A stretch of DNA of 41,583 nucleotides from Catajapyx aquilonaris (lineage: Eukaryota): the NCBI GenBank assembly GCA_000934665.2, contig KZ538899.1, positions 1 through 41,583 on the forward strand. Reading direction: 5' to 3'. Numbering within the stretch: the stretch's first letter is position 1; every line of letters starts with the position of its first letter. Of the stretch, positions 23,949-36,180 are shown piece after piece. Made by a program: the position numbers and the translations under genes. The notes beneath the pieces were generated by a model, which saw only the letters and a program-made list of their open reading frames with translations, did no database searches and was not told where the DNA came from.

Positions 23949-25713
23949 TTGAGGTAATATTTGTCTGAACATTAGCCATTTAATTTTTGTCGCGTAAGTC
24001 ACGTTTCCACTTGGATGCCACTGTCACTATTGTTTCCCGGCTGGTAAAATGGCACTTACAGTAGTGGAATGGAAGAAAAAGCAAATGTCGTAGTTAAAGC
24101 AAAAAGGAAAGTAAGAGCTGTCCCAGATAAGTGTATTGGAAAGGCAAAAAGAAAAGCGTAATTTTGAAGAAAAAAAATCTGTGACTTTTAGTGAGAGAGA
24201 AGCTTTGAAGGTATAAAATGTAGAGTTTGAGAAGCCATCAATGCCAGACAGTTTGATCCAAACACAGCTGGAGAATTTGCAGAATTTGCCGATAGATTTT
24301 ATCCAAATATTAATATTATATTCACTGAATCAAAGGATATTGAAAGAAGAATAGCTACGCTTGATGAAATGTGAACTCCTACTAGAAAAGACGTTGTTTA
24401 TTTTACTGACTAAGAAATTCTCATTATTTCAGTACGCTGGGACATTATGAACTAGAACATTCTCTTATTTCCAATGCTTCCATTCTTGAGTTTTATATTG
24501 TTTATTTTTAACTCGACTTATTAAAGACATTGTACCACAAACTTCCGGTACCGGTACTCCTACAGCTAATTCATCCTAGATAGTAGATATGTAATTTGCC
24601 TGCAGAATCTACAAATAGTAGTGAATCCTCTATTAGTTTCACAGATAACAAAGCAGATAACTGGATTGCCATTGACTGCAAATGTAATGGACAGAACTCA
24701 CTATATGCTTTGTTGGGCCAGTTGTACCAATTTATAGATCATTTATACAGTATAGACTACATACATTGTAGTAGCCTACATACACATTCCACCTTCATGG
24801 CATTACATCCCACGACAGGGTGGCCAGCGATGACCATCTCACATGACAATTCACTGAATCCACTGCTGTCTGCTTAGGTACACACATTATACATGCATTA
24901 TACATGTTCAAATGTTAATTATAAGAATGGTAGCCCTGCACATTCTCATGTAGCCCTATCATTTAAATCTTTTCATAAAATATAGAATAACTATTCAAAT
25001 TATTGTATTTAGTTGTTGATTACATTACCATGGAAACAAGCCGTGGAAAGAAAGGATTCCACTGCTAGTACGCGTACTCAATACTGGAATAAAGAAAAAT
25101 TATTCCCACTCCGTACTTATTGAAACGCTCTTATAAAATGAACAAAGCATCAGGAAATTACGTGAAATAAGCCCACAGCATATCAAGTAGCCCTATACTG
25201 TAGGGCCTGACCCTTAATGAGCAAACCCTTCACATTTGGAAGCTGAGAAGTGCGGTGCGTAAAGCGAAACTATTCGTGTAATTGCCGTGGACGGGATACT
25301 CTCACTTTGGAAACCACTCCTTTGAATATGTTTACGGCCCCGAGGGCAGAGGATATCACTTATACCGGTGGTCTCCAGAGCTGAACTTGAGGTGGAACAA
25401 GCCTGCTGTTTGTAGCCATCCCTTCACCACCCCTTTCCAATTAGAACCTAACACAAATGTAGTGCCTAGATTCTCATCAGCTAGTTTTCCCAGATCAAGC
25501 TCATTTGCGACCTCAAAGAGACCGAATTCAACCCTGACTTTACATCCCTAATGCAAAGAAAGTTATACCCAGATGGTCTTTCCGCTCACACGTAAAGAAA
25601 GGTGCGGAAGCTACCGTATACCAATATGAAGCAGTATTTCCAACTGGAATCTTATGCACAATTTGGGACTGAAGCTTCATCCCACCGATTTTGAAATAAG
25701 TGCTCAAAAGTTA

Positions 25714-26305
25714 AGCTGCGTTTACATGTGAGCAATAATTTGACGAGCGAAGTCTTTTCCAAGCGGTATATAATATATACCCCGTGCTAGGGCCATAGGC
25801 CCTCTTAGGGGATTGGATTACCACTATCGTGCAGGGACAGGGTAGGGATAGGGATGGCGGGACACTGGTGCATGTGCAATGTCATCAAGTTAGGGGTCGT
25901 GTGCAGTCCCTCAGGGGGCCCGTTCGCCAAGATGCGAGTCAGAAACTCCCCACTGACGCGCACCTCCTCCAGGGCAGGGAAAGGAAGGAAGCGGCTGTGG
26001 CCTATTTTACTGTACGATCCCGGAAACTTTTCCTGGGGCGACCTTGGGAAACCCCAGAAAACCCAGGTCAGGATCGCCGGCCTCCGGGATTCTAACCCAG
26101 GACCTCCCGATTTGCAGTCGGACACCATATCCACTCCACAACTCCTGCTTCGGTTCAAGTGGTATATAACATCGCTGAGTAACCCAAGTAACCAGTATTG
26201 TCTGAGGCGAAAATCGATTGTTACTTCCACCCTGCTTTCACCTCAAACAATATTGGTTACTTCGCTCCTATTCGCTTATCAAATCACTCATATGTAAACG
26301 TGGCT
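25714..26305. mobile_element. Harbinger-like MITE interrupted by a SINE
   Basis: TTA|AGCTGCGTTTACATGTGAG...CTCATATGTAAACGTGGCT|TTA; removing the SINE restores a sequence similar to 35078-35279. Confidence 0.88.
25774..26155 (-). mobile_element. Complete SINE family A variant with longer body, inserted in a MITE
   Basis: Reverse-complement head accgaagcagg...ccgactgcaaatcgggaggtcctgggttagaatccc; TSD CAAGCGGTATATAA (25760-25773) / CAAGTGGTATATAA (26156-26169). Confidence 0.92.
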
Positions 26306-26919
26306 TTAGTGTTGACCATAAACATTAAATTCGGATATCATAATAATTCATTTTAAGACATAAAGTTCAAACCGATCAGAGTCACAATTTGGTCAAACTT
26401 CGTTAGGCATTGCATAATATTGTCCTCGAGGGGTACTTTCTGATGGTCCAGTTAGTTTTCTGACAGATCAATATTATTCCAGAGAGACATGTTTGACAAC
26501 AATGTCATAAGAGCTAAAGCATTCTCCAAACTTCTAACCCTAATATACGAGTATCGTATCGTATCGTATCGTATCGTTCTGTATTTCAAGTCTTCATTTT
26601 TCTTCATTCATAGCCTTTGCAATGCCTTACCAGAAGGAAGTGCTAATTTCTTTTCAAACCAAAGAAAGGCATTAAACAATAAAGCTTTAGCCAAATGCAA
26701 CCCAACCTGCTGCAAGCTCTAGAGGTGAGTTTGTCGAACCTGCCCCAAGTACTGTATCTTTCCTCCTTTTCTCTCCAGGCCTGTTTGTGCAAAGGAGAAT
26801 GGCAATCAATAAGCTTTGCCGCCATTGGAAGGAAGTGGCCGTAATCTGATATAGGTATCTATGGCAACCGTGAAGTGGCAGCGTTGTGTGATTTTTCATT
26901 CCAGCACCCCCCCCCCCCC

Positions 26920-26960
26920 NNNNNNNNNNNNNNNNNNNNNNNNNNNNNNNNNNNNNNNNN
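26920..26960. other. Assembly gap (41 N) within a poly-C tract
   Basis: Run of N in the sequence. Confidence 0.99.
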
Positions 26961-27273
26961 TCCCCCCCCCCCCCTTTCCCCCACCCACCCTATATATTTC
27001 GACGCCGCGCTTTTCATTTGTCGAGAAGGGGGGAAGAATCTATGGACGGCTTCTAATTAGAAGATTCTTTTTCACTCGCTTGGATAAAATTGAAAAGGAA
27101 CTCAGAAGATGTTTACGCTCCCCTAAACCAATGACATCGTCAGGGAGTTGAATGCTACATACAATGTTATGGATCTCTCACGTCCAAATAAATAAATATG
27201 CAAAGTATCCATTGAAATATAGTCATTTATAAGGAACAACAGCAACAACAACGTTGTTGTCGTTGTCGTCGTC

Positions 27274-27275
<2 letters not shown>

Positions 27276-27360
<85 letters not shown>
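27276..27360. repeat. (TAA)n microsatellite
   Basis: About 28 perfect units, preceded by (CAA)/(GTT)/(GTC) repeats. Confidence 0.97.
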
Positions 27361-27361
<1 letters not shown>

Positions 27362-28120
27362 TACCTAATTTAATTATGGGGTGATAGGTGTATGCTTGCA
27401 CTGCTAACCCCTCACTCATGCCCAAGCTAAGTTTGCACACTTGCTCGATTTTTCCAGCCCATATTTCTATACCACGCCACACGAGGAGAGCCGGATATGG
27501 CTGGAAAATTCCAGAGGTCTGAGCAAATAGCTGCGTCCGTCTCTATGTTGGGCCCGATAATGAGCATGGCAGTATGTTCGGCACCTTGGGAGTGGTGAAG
27601 ACGATAGGGTCATTCGACAGGCCATGGTCTTTCGAGACGTACGTTTAAGCTTCTCTTGCAAGATGGGCCGGATGAGTATTTGTCGATACGTTGTAGAAGA
27701 TCATTCACCTGCATCCTGCTTATAATAATCTCCCCTCTGGGTCCACAATATTGTTTCACCCAGTCGAGGAGGTAACAACTTCCGAGTAACTGATGCACAG
27801 TGTCAAGACATTTTAACGGTCCCTAATTAACCTGCAATGAGCTGTAATCGAAGAATAACCACCTGTAACCATCCGTGACCAGTAAGTAACGCCTTGACAA
27901 GAAATTGCTTCCACGTGGATACAGGTGCAGGCCTAGCAGCAAAACCATCTCGTGTTGGGACCATTATAAGCATAAAATAACATGGGCGGCACACCGGGTA
28001 TGTAAATACTAAAACGTGCTGCCGGAGCCAGATGTGGTGGCGCTCAGATCGAGTTTGACAGGGCTGGCCGCGGGATTGGCTCAAGCGAGGCACGTGGTGT
28101 GAGATCTTGTACAAGTTCTC
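27361..28120 (-). pseudogene. Possible very decayed non-LTR element 3' end
   Basis: ALLTGHGWL motif in ORF 27827-28114(-) resembles the LTGHG motif that precedes R1/LOA zinc knuckles; the adjacent (TTA)n lies where a tail would be. The knuckle itself is not recognisable. Confidence 0.3.
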
Positions 28121-28355
28121 CAGCCAATACTGAAGATATTAAAATCAACTTTCCTCGGAAGGTTAGAACGAGCCGATCCGAGAGGGCATTTTTATTCCTC
28201 ACTCCCAAAGTGCTGCGTGATCAGGCCCATTAACTTGTAAGCTTATAGAAGTTTTCATGGACGTACACAGGCCTTTATTACGTATTCTACTCTTTTGTAA
28301 TCGACTACCTCCAAGGGATGTCTCTATTCACAAAGAATTTGTGCTTATATAATTA

Positions 28356-28609
28356 TATGGTGTTTCAAATTCGTGGATCGGTTTTTATAACTGATATCGC
28401 CCTATAGTAGTTATTTTTTGTAGCTTGTTGTGCCCCTAACCATGTCCCCCATTCTAGAGCAACTACTACTATATTCGACCCACTGGGAGTCGAATATAGC
28501 ATTTGATATAGAATAGGGCACATGGTTAGGGGCACAACAAACTACAAAAAATAACTACTATAGGGCGATATCAGTGATAAAAAACGACATACGAAATTGG
28601 AATACCCTA
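28356..28609. mobile_element. Tc1/mariner-like palindromic MITE
   Basis: About 100-bp arms (ggtgtttcaaattcgt...gcccctaaccatgt / acatggttaggggc...acgaaattggaatacc) with a central small hairpin at 28469-28499. Confidence 0.85.
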
Positions 28610-31600
28610 CATATATATACATGCCACAAATATTTATCGCATAAAACCCATTTAGAGCTGTTACTGAAATCAGTCACCTGCAGCAACATCACTGTTCGTG
28701 ATTGCCACCCTTGTAGATGGTTATTTTTTGTTTTGTTTTAAAGCGTATATTGTTTCAACTACAGTATTTGCTTATTATTCTCTACGTGACCTGTTCTTTC
28801 CCGTTTGTTTGTATCCATAACAAGGAGCTCAGTTTGAGACGTCTCCTTCGGCCACCCCACAAGCACTACTCGTCTAGCCTCGTTGTCTATAGTCACCTAT
28901 TCTCATTCTTCATGCAGTGTGATGATGCCATTGAAACTTAATACTGTCCCCACATTTCCTATAATAATCCCCTGTAGAATAAATAGGTAAATATGGGTCT
29001 TACAATAATATTGGTAATGGAATTGCATATCAGGCCATTACGTTTATGTATGGGACTATTTTCTTCACCTCCTTTTAGACAGAATGATATCAACTTAAGC
29101 CCATGCACAATAATTAGGCATACCATTGCGATAATTCGAATTTTAAAATGCAGAACAGATTAATGTCTAAAATTAGTAGTAACTAGTAAATACGATAAAA
29201 GGAGCATCGATAAAAGAGCAACGACCAAATGAAAAGCTTAGGAGCCAGTGTAAATAAGAGGTTACCCAGACTAAAATATATTTGTACATATAGCGTGATT
29301 ATGATTGTATTTGTATTTTCATCTATATTTTTAAGGACAACAATACACCCTGCTGTACGTTTTGTTTGCATAACTCTGTAACCATAGCCAAGATTTTTAT
29401 GGTAATGAGCATAACGTTAGCAGTCTTTAACATGCATCAAAAAGATTTTGCCGGTTCCAGCATGTAATGAAAACATCCAGAGGGTGTGGTTATCTCCGTT
29501 CAAAATGAATTATTGAAGAAACGAAAAGTGGACCAGCTTTCATTAGCAATATACGCTTTAAAAGCAGCTTTGCAGCTTTGAAATGATTCCGAGCGCGCGT
29601 TAATTCATAAAAAATTACATTGGATTTTTTTTTCTCCAAAATTGTGCGAGGGCAGCTCATGTGTGACCGCAGGCGTGAAAATGTTGCTCATTTGAATCAA
29701 AATGAACGCCCTGCTTCATGGATGTTCCAAAATTTAATAACTTTTTAATTCGAGTCATGCTCCCGCAAGATAATTTATTAGTGTTTACGCGCAGTATATT
29801 AGTCCAGAGGACTGCTAATGAATGTTGGAGTGAATACACCCCCGCCCAACAAACTTTACGGCTTTCTCTTCCAAGACTATAGCGTTTGCAAACTAGAAAA
29901 ATATTCGCCGAGGGGGGAGGGGTAGGATGGGAGAAAAAGTCGCAAGAAATATTGCAGAGCAATCCTTTCCGACAGGGAAAAATCCAATACTTTGTGACGA
30001 AGGATTTTTTCCCCAGCAGTTACTGTTCCTTCAATTGTTCAAAGATGGATCCCAATTTTCTTCTGGGAAAAAAGAGGTAGACAAAAGGGGGAGCGTCTTC
30101 GGCAGTGAATCACAATGGATAGGGAACTGTGTTTCGCGGGGGCACAATGGGATTCCTGTGCAACAAAGGAACTTGGGGAAGGCTTTCAATCACAATTTAA
30201 ACTCCTGCTTTATTTGCAAATTATTTGTTGCCGGGATTCTGTCAAATGTCAGAGATGATATCATTGATGCAAACTTTAGATGGGGATATATGCATTTTGA
30301 CGCCATTTGCTTGCAATTTGCAAGTGAAATTAAGAATAATGTAGCGTCTCCATGAACTGGTTACAGGTACATCTGCAGATAATTCAAAGCCATGGTGTAG
30401 CCACCAACCCATACACTATTAGGAATAATAGTGGTCAATTTTGCAGACATATAGACATTAAAAGTGATATTATTTTATTAACTCAGAAATTCTCTCTAAA
30501 AATTACGTTGGATTCGGGTTGGGAAGATTTACCTTTGGGCTGACATGAGCTTATCTGGCTAAGGCCGCCTCTCGGGTTAGGTGACATTTTATATCTGGCA
30601 CTCAAAAATGTTGGCCATTATTGCTATATACAGTATAGTTACCTTTTTATGGAATCCAAATACTTACACTTTACTACATTACTTATACAACGAAAATGTC
30701 AGTAGACCATGATTAGACCTGGTTAATATTCATAGAATTATCCTACGGTTGGTATGTTAATACCATGCAAGTAGGTCATCAGAACGTGACAATTTTTACT
30801 CTCGCTAAAGTTAGCAGTATAGTCAACAACAAGTAACCATGGTAACTGATGAGACAGCTTATGGGGTCGATCTTTTTTAACAGAAGCAGGTTGCTATATA
30901 AGTGACATGTCAGAAGAACAAAAAAAACACTGATTTTTCTCACCTACTCAACAACTTCATGTACTTTGCAAGATCCACTATAGTTAAAATCAGCAAAAAT
31001 TTGCATCCACCCATATTCGCTCTTCTATAGAAACTGTTTTCCGTCAAAAAGTATTGCCCCCAATGATACAAAGCGTTTTGGACAGTAACGATGTCTGTGA
31101 AAAAATCAACGTGGGAAAAATGGGTTGTACTACATTCATGTATACATTGCTCTCTCTAGATGTCCTATACATTAGGCCTCTTGTTATTCAAGAGCATGTG
31201 GATTTGCAATTCTGGCGTGTCACAAAGTCGCATAACGATTCACTTGCCAGGATTGAACGCATCAAAGGAATAATTATCCACGAGTCGAGTTTCGGGGTCA
31301 TCATCCCTTGGCATCCAACTCACAGAGAACTTTTTTAAGGGGGTTAGGGGATGGTGAGGGGTGGGAGTGGGCGGCACCACAAAAAATGGCAAAAGCCCGT
31401 CCGCACTTGCGAGATGGATGGCCCCTGCGAGAGGCTGGATTATCAGAGGCTTGCGACCAAGCCAAATGAAATTAAGTCTACCGGCTAACGAAGGGCTCCT
31501 CTGGGAAAATTCGGCCCCCCTTGTATGGAAAAGTGGGGGTAGGTAGGAGGGGATTGCGGGGATGCTGGAAAGGAAGGGGGGTCTGGGGGAGTCTAAATTC

Positions 31601-32074
31601 CCNCCCACCACCACCCCCCTTTCTCTCTCTCTCTCTCTCTCTCTCCCTCTCTTCCTCTTCATTTTAGAGAGCATCGGCCTCTGCTTATTAATACTTATGA
31701 GGATAATGGTTGGGAAACAAACGCCGCCGGCTAAGCCTCGACCGAAGATGCTTGGTTATACGGCTTTATTGCCATTTATGAGCTTCATTTCTCAAGACTC
31801 GGCAATTTTCATGTAGGAAGTTGGCCTGAGCTGACGTCCGCCTCGTAATATTGCAATGACGTAAAATATACTGGATCAAACCTGCCACCTCACTTCCTGT
31901 TACGCCGCAAATTATTACTATTGGCTTTTGGCTATTCTGATGATGCTGCCACCGGAAAGGATAGTGATCAACAGTTTTGTTCATTTCGTACATAACACGA
32001 GCAATGTTTAGTTTTTCTTCAGCATATTTACCAAATTATTCATTGCACAACAGAATGTGAGATTTACAGATTTA

Positions 32075-32380
32075 GGGCCAGTTTCACCGAGCTCAGCATA
32101 AAGGCCATTTCACAAAAAAAATGTCGCGCGGCAAACGGCGCGACTTGCGGCAAATTTTTATTTATATTTATTGTTGCCAATTGTTGGCAACAATAAAATT
32201 TGCCGCAAGTCGCGCCGTTTGCCGCGCGACATTTTTTTTGTGAAATGGCCTTAACTTAGAACCTCGGTCATGACAAGAATTGCCATAGCAACCGTTGTTG
32301 TCAACAATGAAAACTGATGATCTTACGAAATGAAACTCGGATTTATATAATAATTATACTGAGCTCTGTGACACCGGCAC
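32075..32380. mobile_element. Harbinger-like MITE (outer, host of a nested MITE)
   Basis: TTA|GGGCCAGTTTCACCGAGCTCAG...CTGAGCTCTGTGACACCGGCAC|TTA. Confidence 0.85.
32102..32251. mobile_element. Harbinger-like palindromic MITE (inner)
   Basis: TAA|AGGCCATTTCACAAAAAAAATGTCGCGCGG...TGTGAAATGGCCT|TAA; near-perfect arms. Confidence 0.93.
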
Positions 32381-33289
32381 TTACATGATTTAAAATATTA
32401 ATGATGAATGTTGCACATTTCGAATATTTAGTACCATTGTTTCAAGCACCTGTTTCCAAAGTGAGCAACCGGTTACTACAGCTCGAATTAGACCAAGTGT
32501 GGTGGATTCACGGGAGTTCAAATGCGAATCAAACCGGCGTGAAGCCGACGGTGTTGCCGTTGCGCTTGAACGACACCCTGCAGTACTGCAGCCGTGACGC
32601 AATACCGAGGGGCTCTCAGAAGGAATTCACTGTTGTGAGTTCCAAAGCTGCACAGGTAGTTAACTACCCTGGATATTGCTCATTGTCATTCTGAATAACA
32701 ATGCAAAGATTTACAAGAGCCATTTTTTCGCGTAAAGATATGCAGACTTAAAAGGTTTTTTTAAATCGAAATATTGAGTTAAGCATTGCGACGTGCAATC
32801 CTGGAGTGGTGGTTTCTAATGGGCAAGTCATTTTAGATAGGTCCGTTACAGTCCTCTAGAGATATTTTGGAATAAAAATTATTCCATAAGGAATGATGCC
32901 ATTTTCAAACTAACTTCACACCTTAATAACCCGAAGTCAGTCAAATGTGGCTTGGAGAGTTTCGCATTTCAGGTTTCTCAGAGAAGGTTTACTCAAATAA
33001 CACCATATCTTATTTACTACTTTAATAGTACTTACCTATTCGTCTGGAAATGGATACTTGTGACCTGATGTCTTTAGCCTTTAATAACACTGCTTGCTAT
33101 TGTCATTGCTTGTCATTGTGACAGTAGCCAAGTTCCGTTGCCGCTACTACCTCGTGAAGTTGCTGTTTTGCCGTTTAGCAGAATTATCTCTACTTGATTT
33201 TTTCAATGTGCTCTATTTGAAATGTATATACGTTTCAGTTAGCTTTAATTACGAAGGTGCATATTTTAAGCAGTTACTTTCGAACAATT

Positions 33290-33535
33290 GAAGAGCACAG
33301 GGGAAAAACGGGGAATGTCACAGAAAAAATGTCCATGAAAAATCGAAGAAATAGCTTTATTTCTTCACGTGTCTAAAGAATAATAGGGATATCTTCATGT
33401 CATTATATGCAACTGTCACCCTTGTACCCATGGAAAGCCTCCAGGTATAAGTGTCACCTATGCTACTATTGTACTGTGCACTTGGCAGGAACCCCAACGG
33501 AATGTGACATTCCCCGTTTTTCCCCTGTGCTCTTC
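33290..33535. mobile_element. MITE with 33-bp perfect TIR and AATT flanks (Sola-like)
   Basis: AATT|GAAGAGCACAGGGGAAAAACGGGGAATGTCACA...TGTGACATTCCCCGTTTTTCCCCTGTGCTCTTC|AATT. Confidence 0.88.
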
Positions 33536-35077
33536 AATTACATTTCAGGGATATCAAAAATATGAGGTGCTAATATTGGTCTTTATGGAACCATCCCTAG
33601 CGCAATGAGCTTTCTAAGACACCTGAATGACCCACACGGAATCCATTGGCAGCCTATGGCTGAAGATTTTTCTAAGCCATGACTTCCTCCAGTGGTTAAG
33701 ATGGCTACATTCATTCAACCTAAAATGAACATATTGAACAACCTATATTTTGATAGACATTAATATGACTCTTTAAATGTAACTGCTGGGTAATCAGCAG
33801 TCAAGTACCAAAAATGGCTAACTAAATTATATTTAGTTAATTAATTATATTATAATGTACACCTCAATTGGAACACACTGTCTGCATCCAATAAGACATG
33901 CTTCTGGCTCAATTATTCGGAGATTTTTCCTGCAATCAGTGTTACAGGACCAAGGAATGGTGTGGGACATGGCCCGATTCATTTCCCTTTCCGATGCGAT
34001 CATATATCACAGTTGGGTAGTTTCAATAATATTCATATTTCGATCTCGACGGTGAGCAGCAAAAGATAAGTTTTGATCCAACAGATGGCGGGTCTGAGGA
34101 GTGGAAATCGCACGTATTATGTGGGCTATTTCCAACCCAAGTGGGCAAGGGAAAGTTTTGACAGCGCCTCATTACGAGTGAAGAAGATTGCGGTTTCTGT
34201 AATATAACGAGCGGGGGACTTTTCGGCAGGAATTAATAAAGAGGCAGGCAGGATGGGGAGAGGGAGGGAGGGAGGGAGGGAGGAGAAGGGGGAGCGCACA
34301 CCAAGATTAATGAGAATTCGGAGCAAAGTTGGAGATAAAGTGGCGACGCCGCCGACGAACTAACTCCAAACTCGCATCGATTAAGGATCCGGGTGACGAG
34401 TCTAGATGAAATGGAACTGTTGAGACCAACCCCAAATTCCTATTTTCTAGCAATTTCTTTCCTCCTCCCTCCCCCTCCTCCCCCCCCCCTCTCTCTCTGA
34501 CACACACAGACCGAGGACTCACAAGACACCTAAGACGCTAGACATCTATTTAGGAATGACAGTAACTAGACTCGAGAAACCAAGACACGGGAATGGCAGA
34601 ATTTTCCTGGAAGTATTATTTGTTAAATTAGATTCACTACGATGATTATTCCGCCTACTTAAAAAAAATAACTTCACTGCGGTTTTTACTACTTTGGCTA
34701 TTCAGGGTAGTACTTGAAAACTTCAGTTTGGGAAGCTAATGAATGCGATATTTCAGAAAGCCAACTCATTTGGCATGACAATCATGGTAAGTGCTTCCAA
34801 GATTTTGAAGGGCCGGTTTATTTTCATTTAAAGCATTATGCTGTAGTGCAGTGGTTGAGCAGAGCAGCTCTTAATGAAGATCTGGAAATCACCGATTGTT
34901 CTAAAATAATACTCCGTCTATACAATAACTTAAAAAATGCTTGACTTTTAAGAACTTAGGAGAGGAAGCTGGATAATAAATGAGGGCTTTATGGTAGTTT
35001 TGAATAAGAAAGTAGTCTACATCACTGCTCTTTGGTGAAGATTGATTTAGTTCATTTGGGCGATACGAGTCTACTAA

Positions 35078-35279
35078 AGCCGCGTTTACATGTGAGCGAT
35101 TTGACGAGCGAAATCTTCGCCGACCGGTAACATTGCTGAGTAATCAGTAACCAGTATTGTTTGAGGAGAAAATCGATTGTTACTTTCACCTCAAACAATA
35201 TTGGTTACTCCGGTTACTCAGCGATGTTGTAGCTCGGCGAAGACTTCGCCCGTCAAATCGTTCACATGTAAACGCGACT
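35078..35279. mobile_element. Harbinger-like palindromic MITE (uninterrupted relative of 25714-26305)
   Basis: TAA|AGCCGCGTTTACATGTGAGCG...CACATGTAAACGCGACT|TAA. Confidence 0.92.
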
Positions 35280-35349
35280 TAAGGCCGTGAGACACAGGCA
35301 GCGAATCAAAGTTTTTAAAAGGTTTGTGGACATTTGGGAGAAAACGGGA

Positions 35350-36032
35350 GAATGGGGAACTAGCCTTCATTTTGGAAACTACATAATAAATTCGCCCATA
35401 TTTTTTGGATTTTTTTTGGCGTATTCCGTTTTACGATATCCGTTTCAGTTCCGGAGATATTGGCGTTTTTTCGTAGGGAAATGGTGACGTCACTGTTTCC
35501 CTCGAAAATGTTGACGTCACGCGAAGTGAAATGAACGCAAAAATTATGTTATAGAATGCGCCCCGGCAGGGTCGTAAAATAATTTGTTGTTGTTAGCAAC
35601 CGTCCTATTCCGTGAGCAAGATAGCGGCCGGGGCGCGTATTTATTCCAGGCCGCTCAAACCACTTCGGGGCTGACAGTGGTGCCAACTGGTAGGAATTAT
35701 CTGCCACCCGAATTCGGCACATGAAGGCCACCTTTCTCCGCCTCGATGGCCTACAGTCGCCTTGCGGATGCTTTCCGTCGTGTCCGCGGTTAATTCTAAA
35801 TCAAATTCCTCATACCTCGCAGTCAACCAGGCATTTCAGTGTACCCTTTCGATTGGCACCACCCGGCAGCCCCGTTTTTCCCGCCAATTTTGAAGGCACT
35901 TTTAAATGTGCCGTAATTTATCCAGTAATGTCATTTTGATGCAACAGAGTGATGGAATGTATGTTTACAGGCATGGGCTAGCTAGTTATGAACAAAAATC
36001 CCAAATCCCAGACCAAGGCTAGTTCCCCATTC
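35350..36032. mobile_element. ~680-bp non-autonomous DNA element
   Basis: 18-bp perfect inverted repeat GAATGGGGAACTAGCCTT / AAGGCTAGTTCCCCATTC; GC-richer interior; TSD not resolved. Confidence 0.65.
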
Positions 36033-36053
36033 CGATAAAAGCCACTCTAATAC

Positions 36054-36180
36054 GGAAAAACTCCGTTTAAATATTTTCCACATGAGAAAATACTACACCA
36101 TAGTCTCGGATCGAACTCAGGATAATCTCCTACAGGTTTAAAGTTGTGGGTTAACCGGTACTACACCTATTTGCCTCCCT
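36054..36180 (-). mobile_element. Degenerate tRNA-derived SINE head
   Basis: Reverse complement agggaggcaaataggtgtagtaccggttaa...cctgagttcgatcc, with a B-box. Confidence 0.45.

Noticed and set aside
20222..27482. Poly-Leu signal-peptide-like ORFs (20222 on +, 27123 on -)
   Set aside because: They are translations of (TTA)n microsatellites.
35641..35826. YqaJ-like exonuclease fragment (IRKATVGHRGGERW)
   Set aside because: Only a few residues resemble the motif and the downstream RITAS core is absent.
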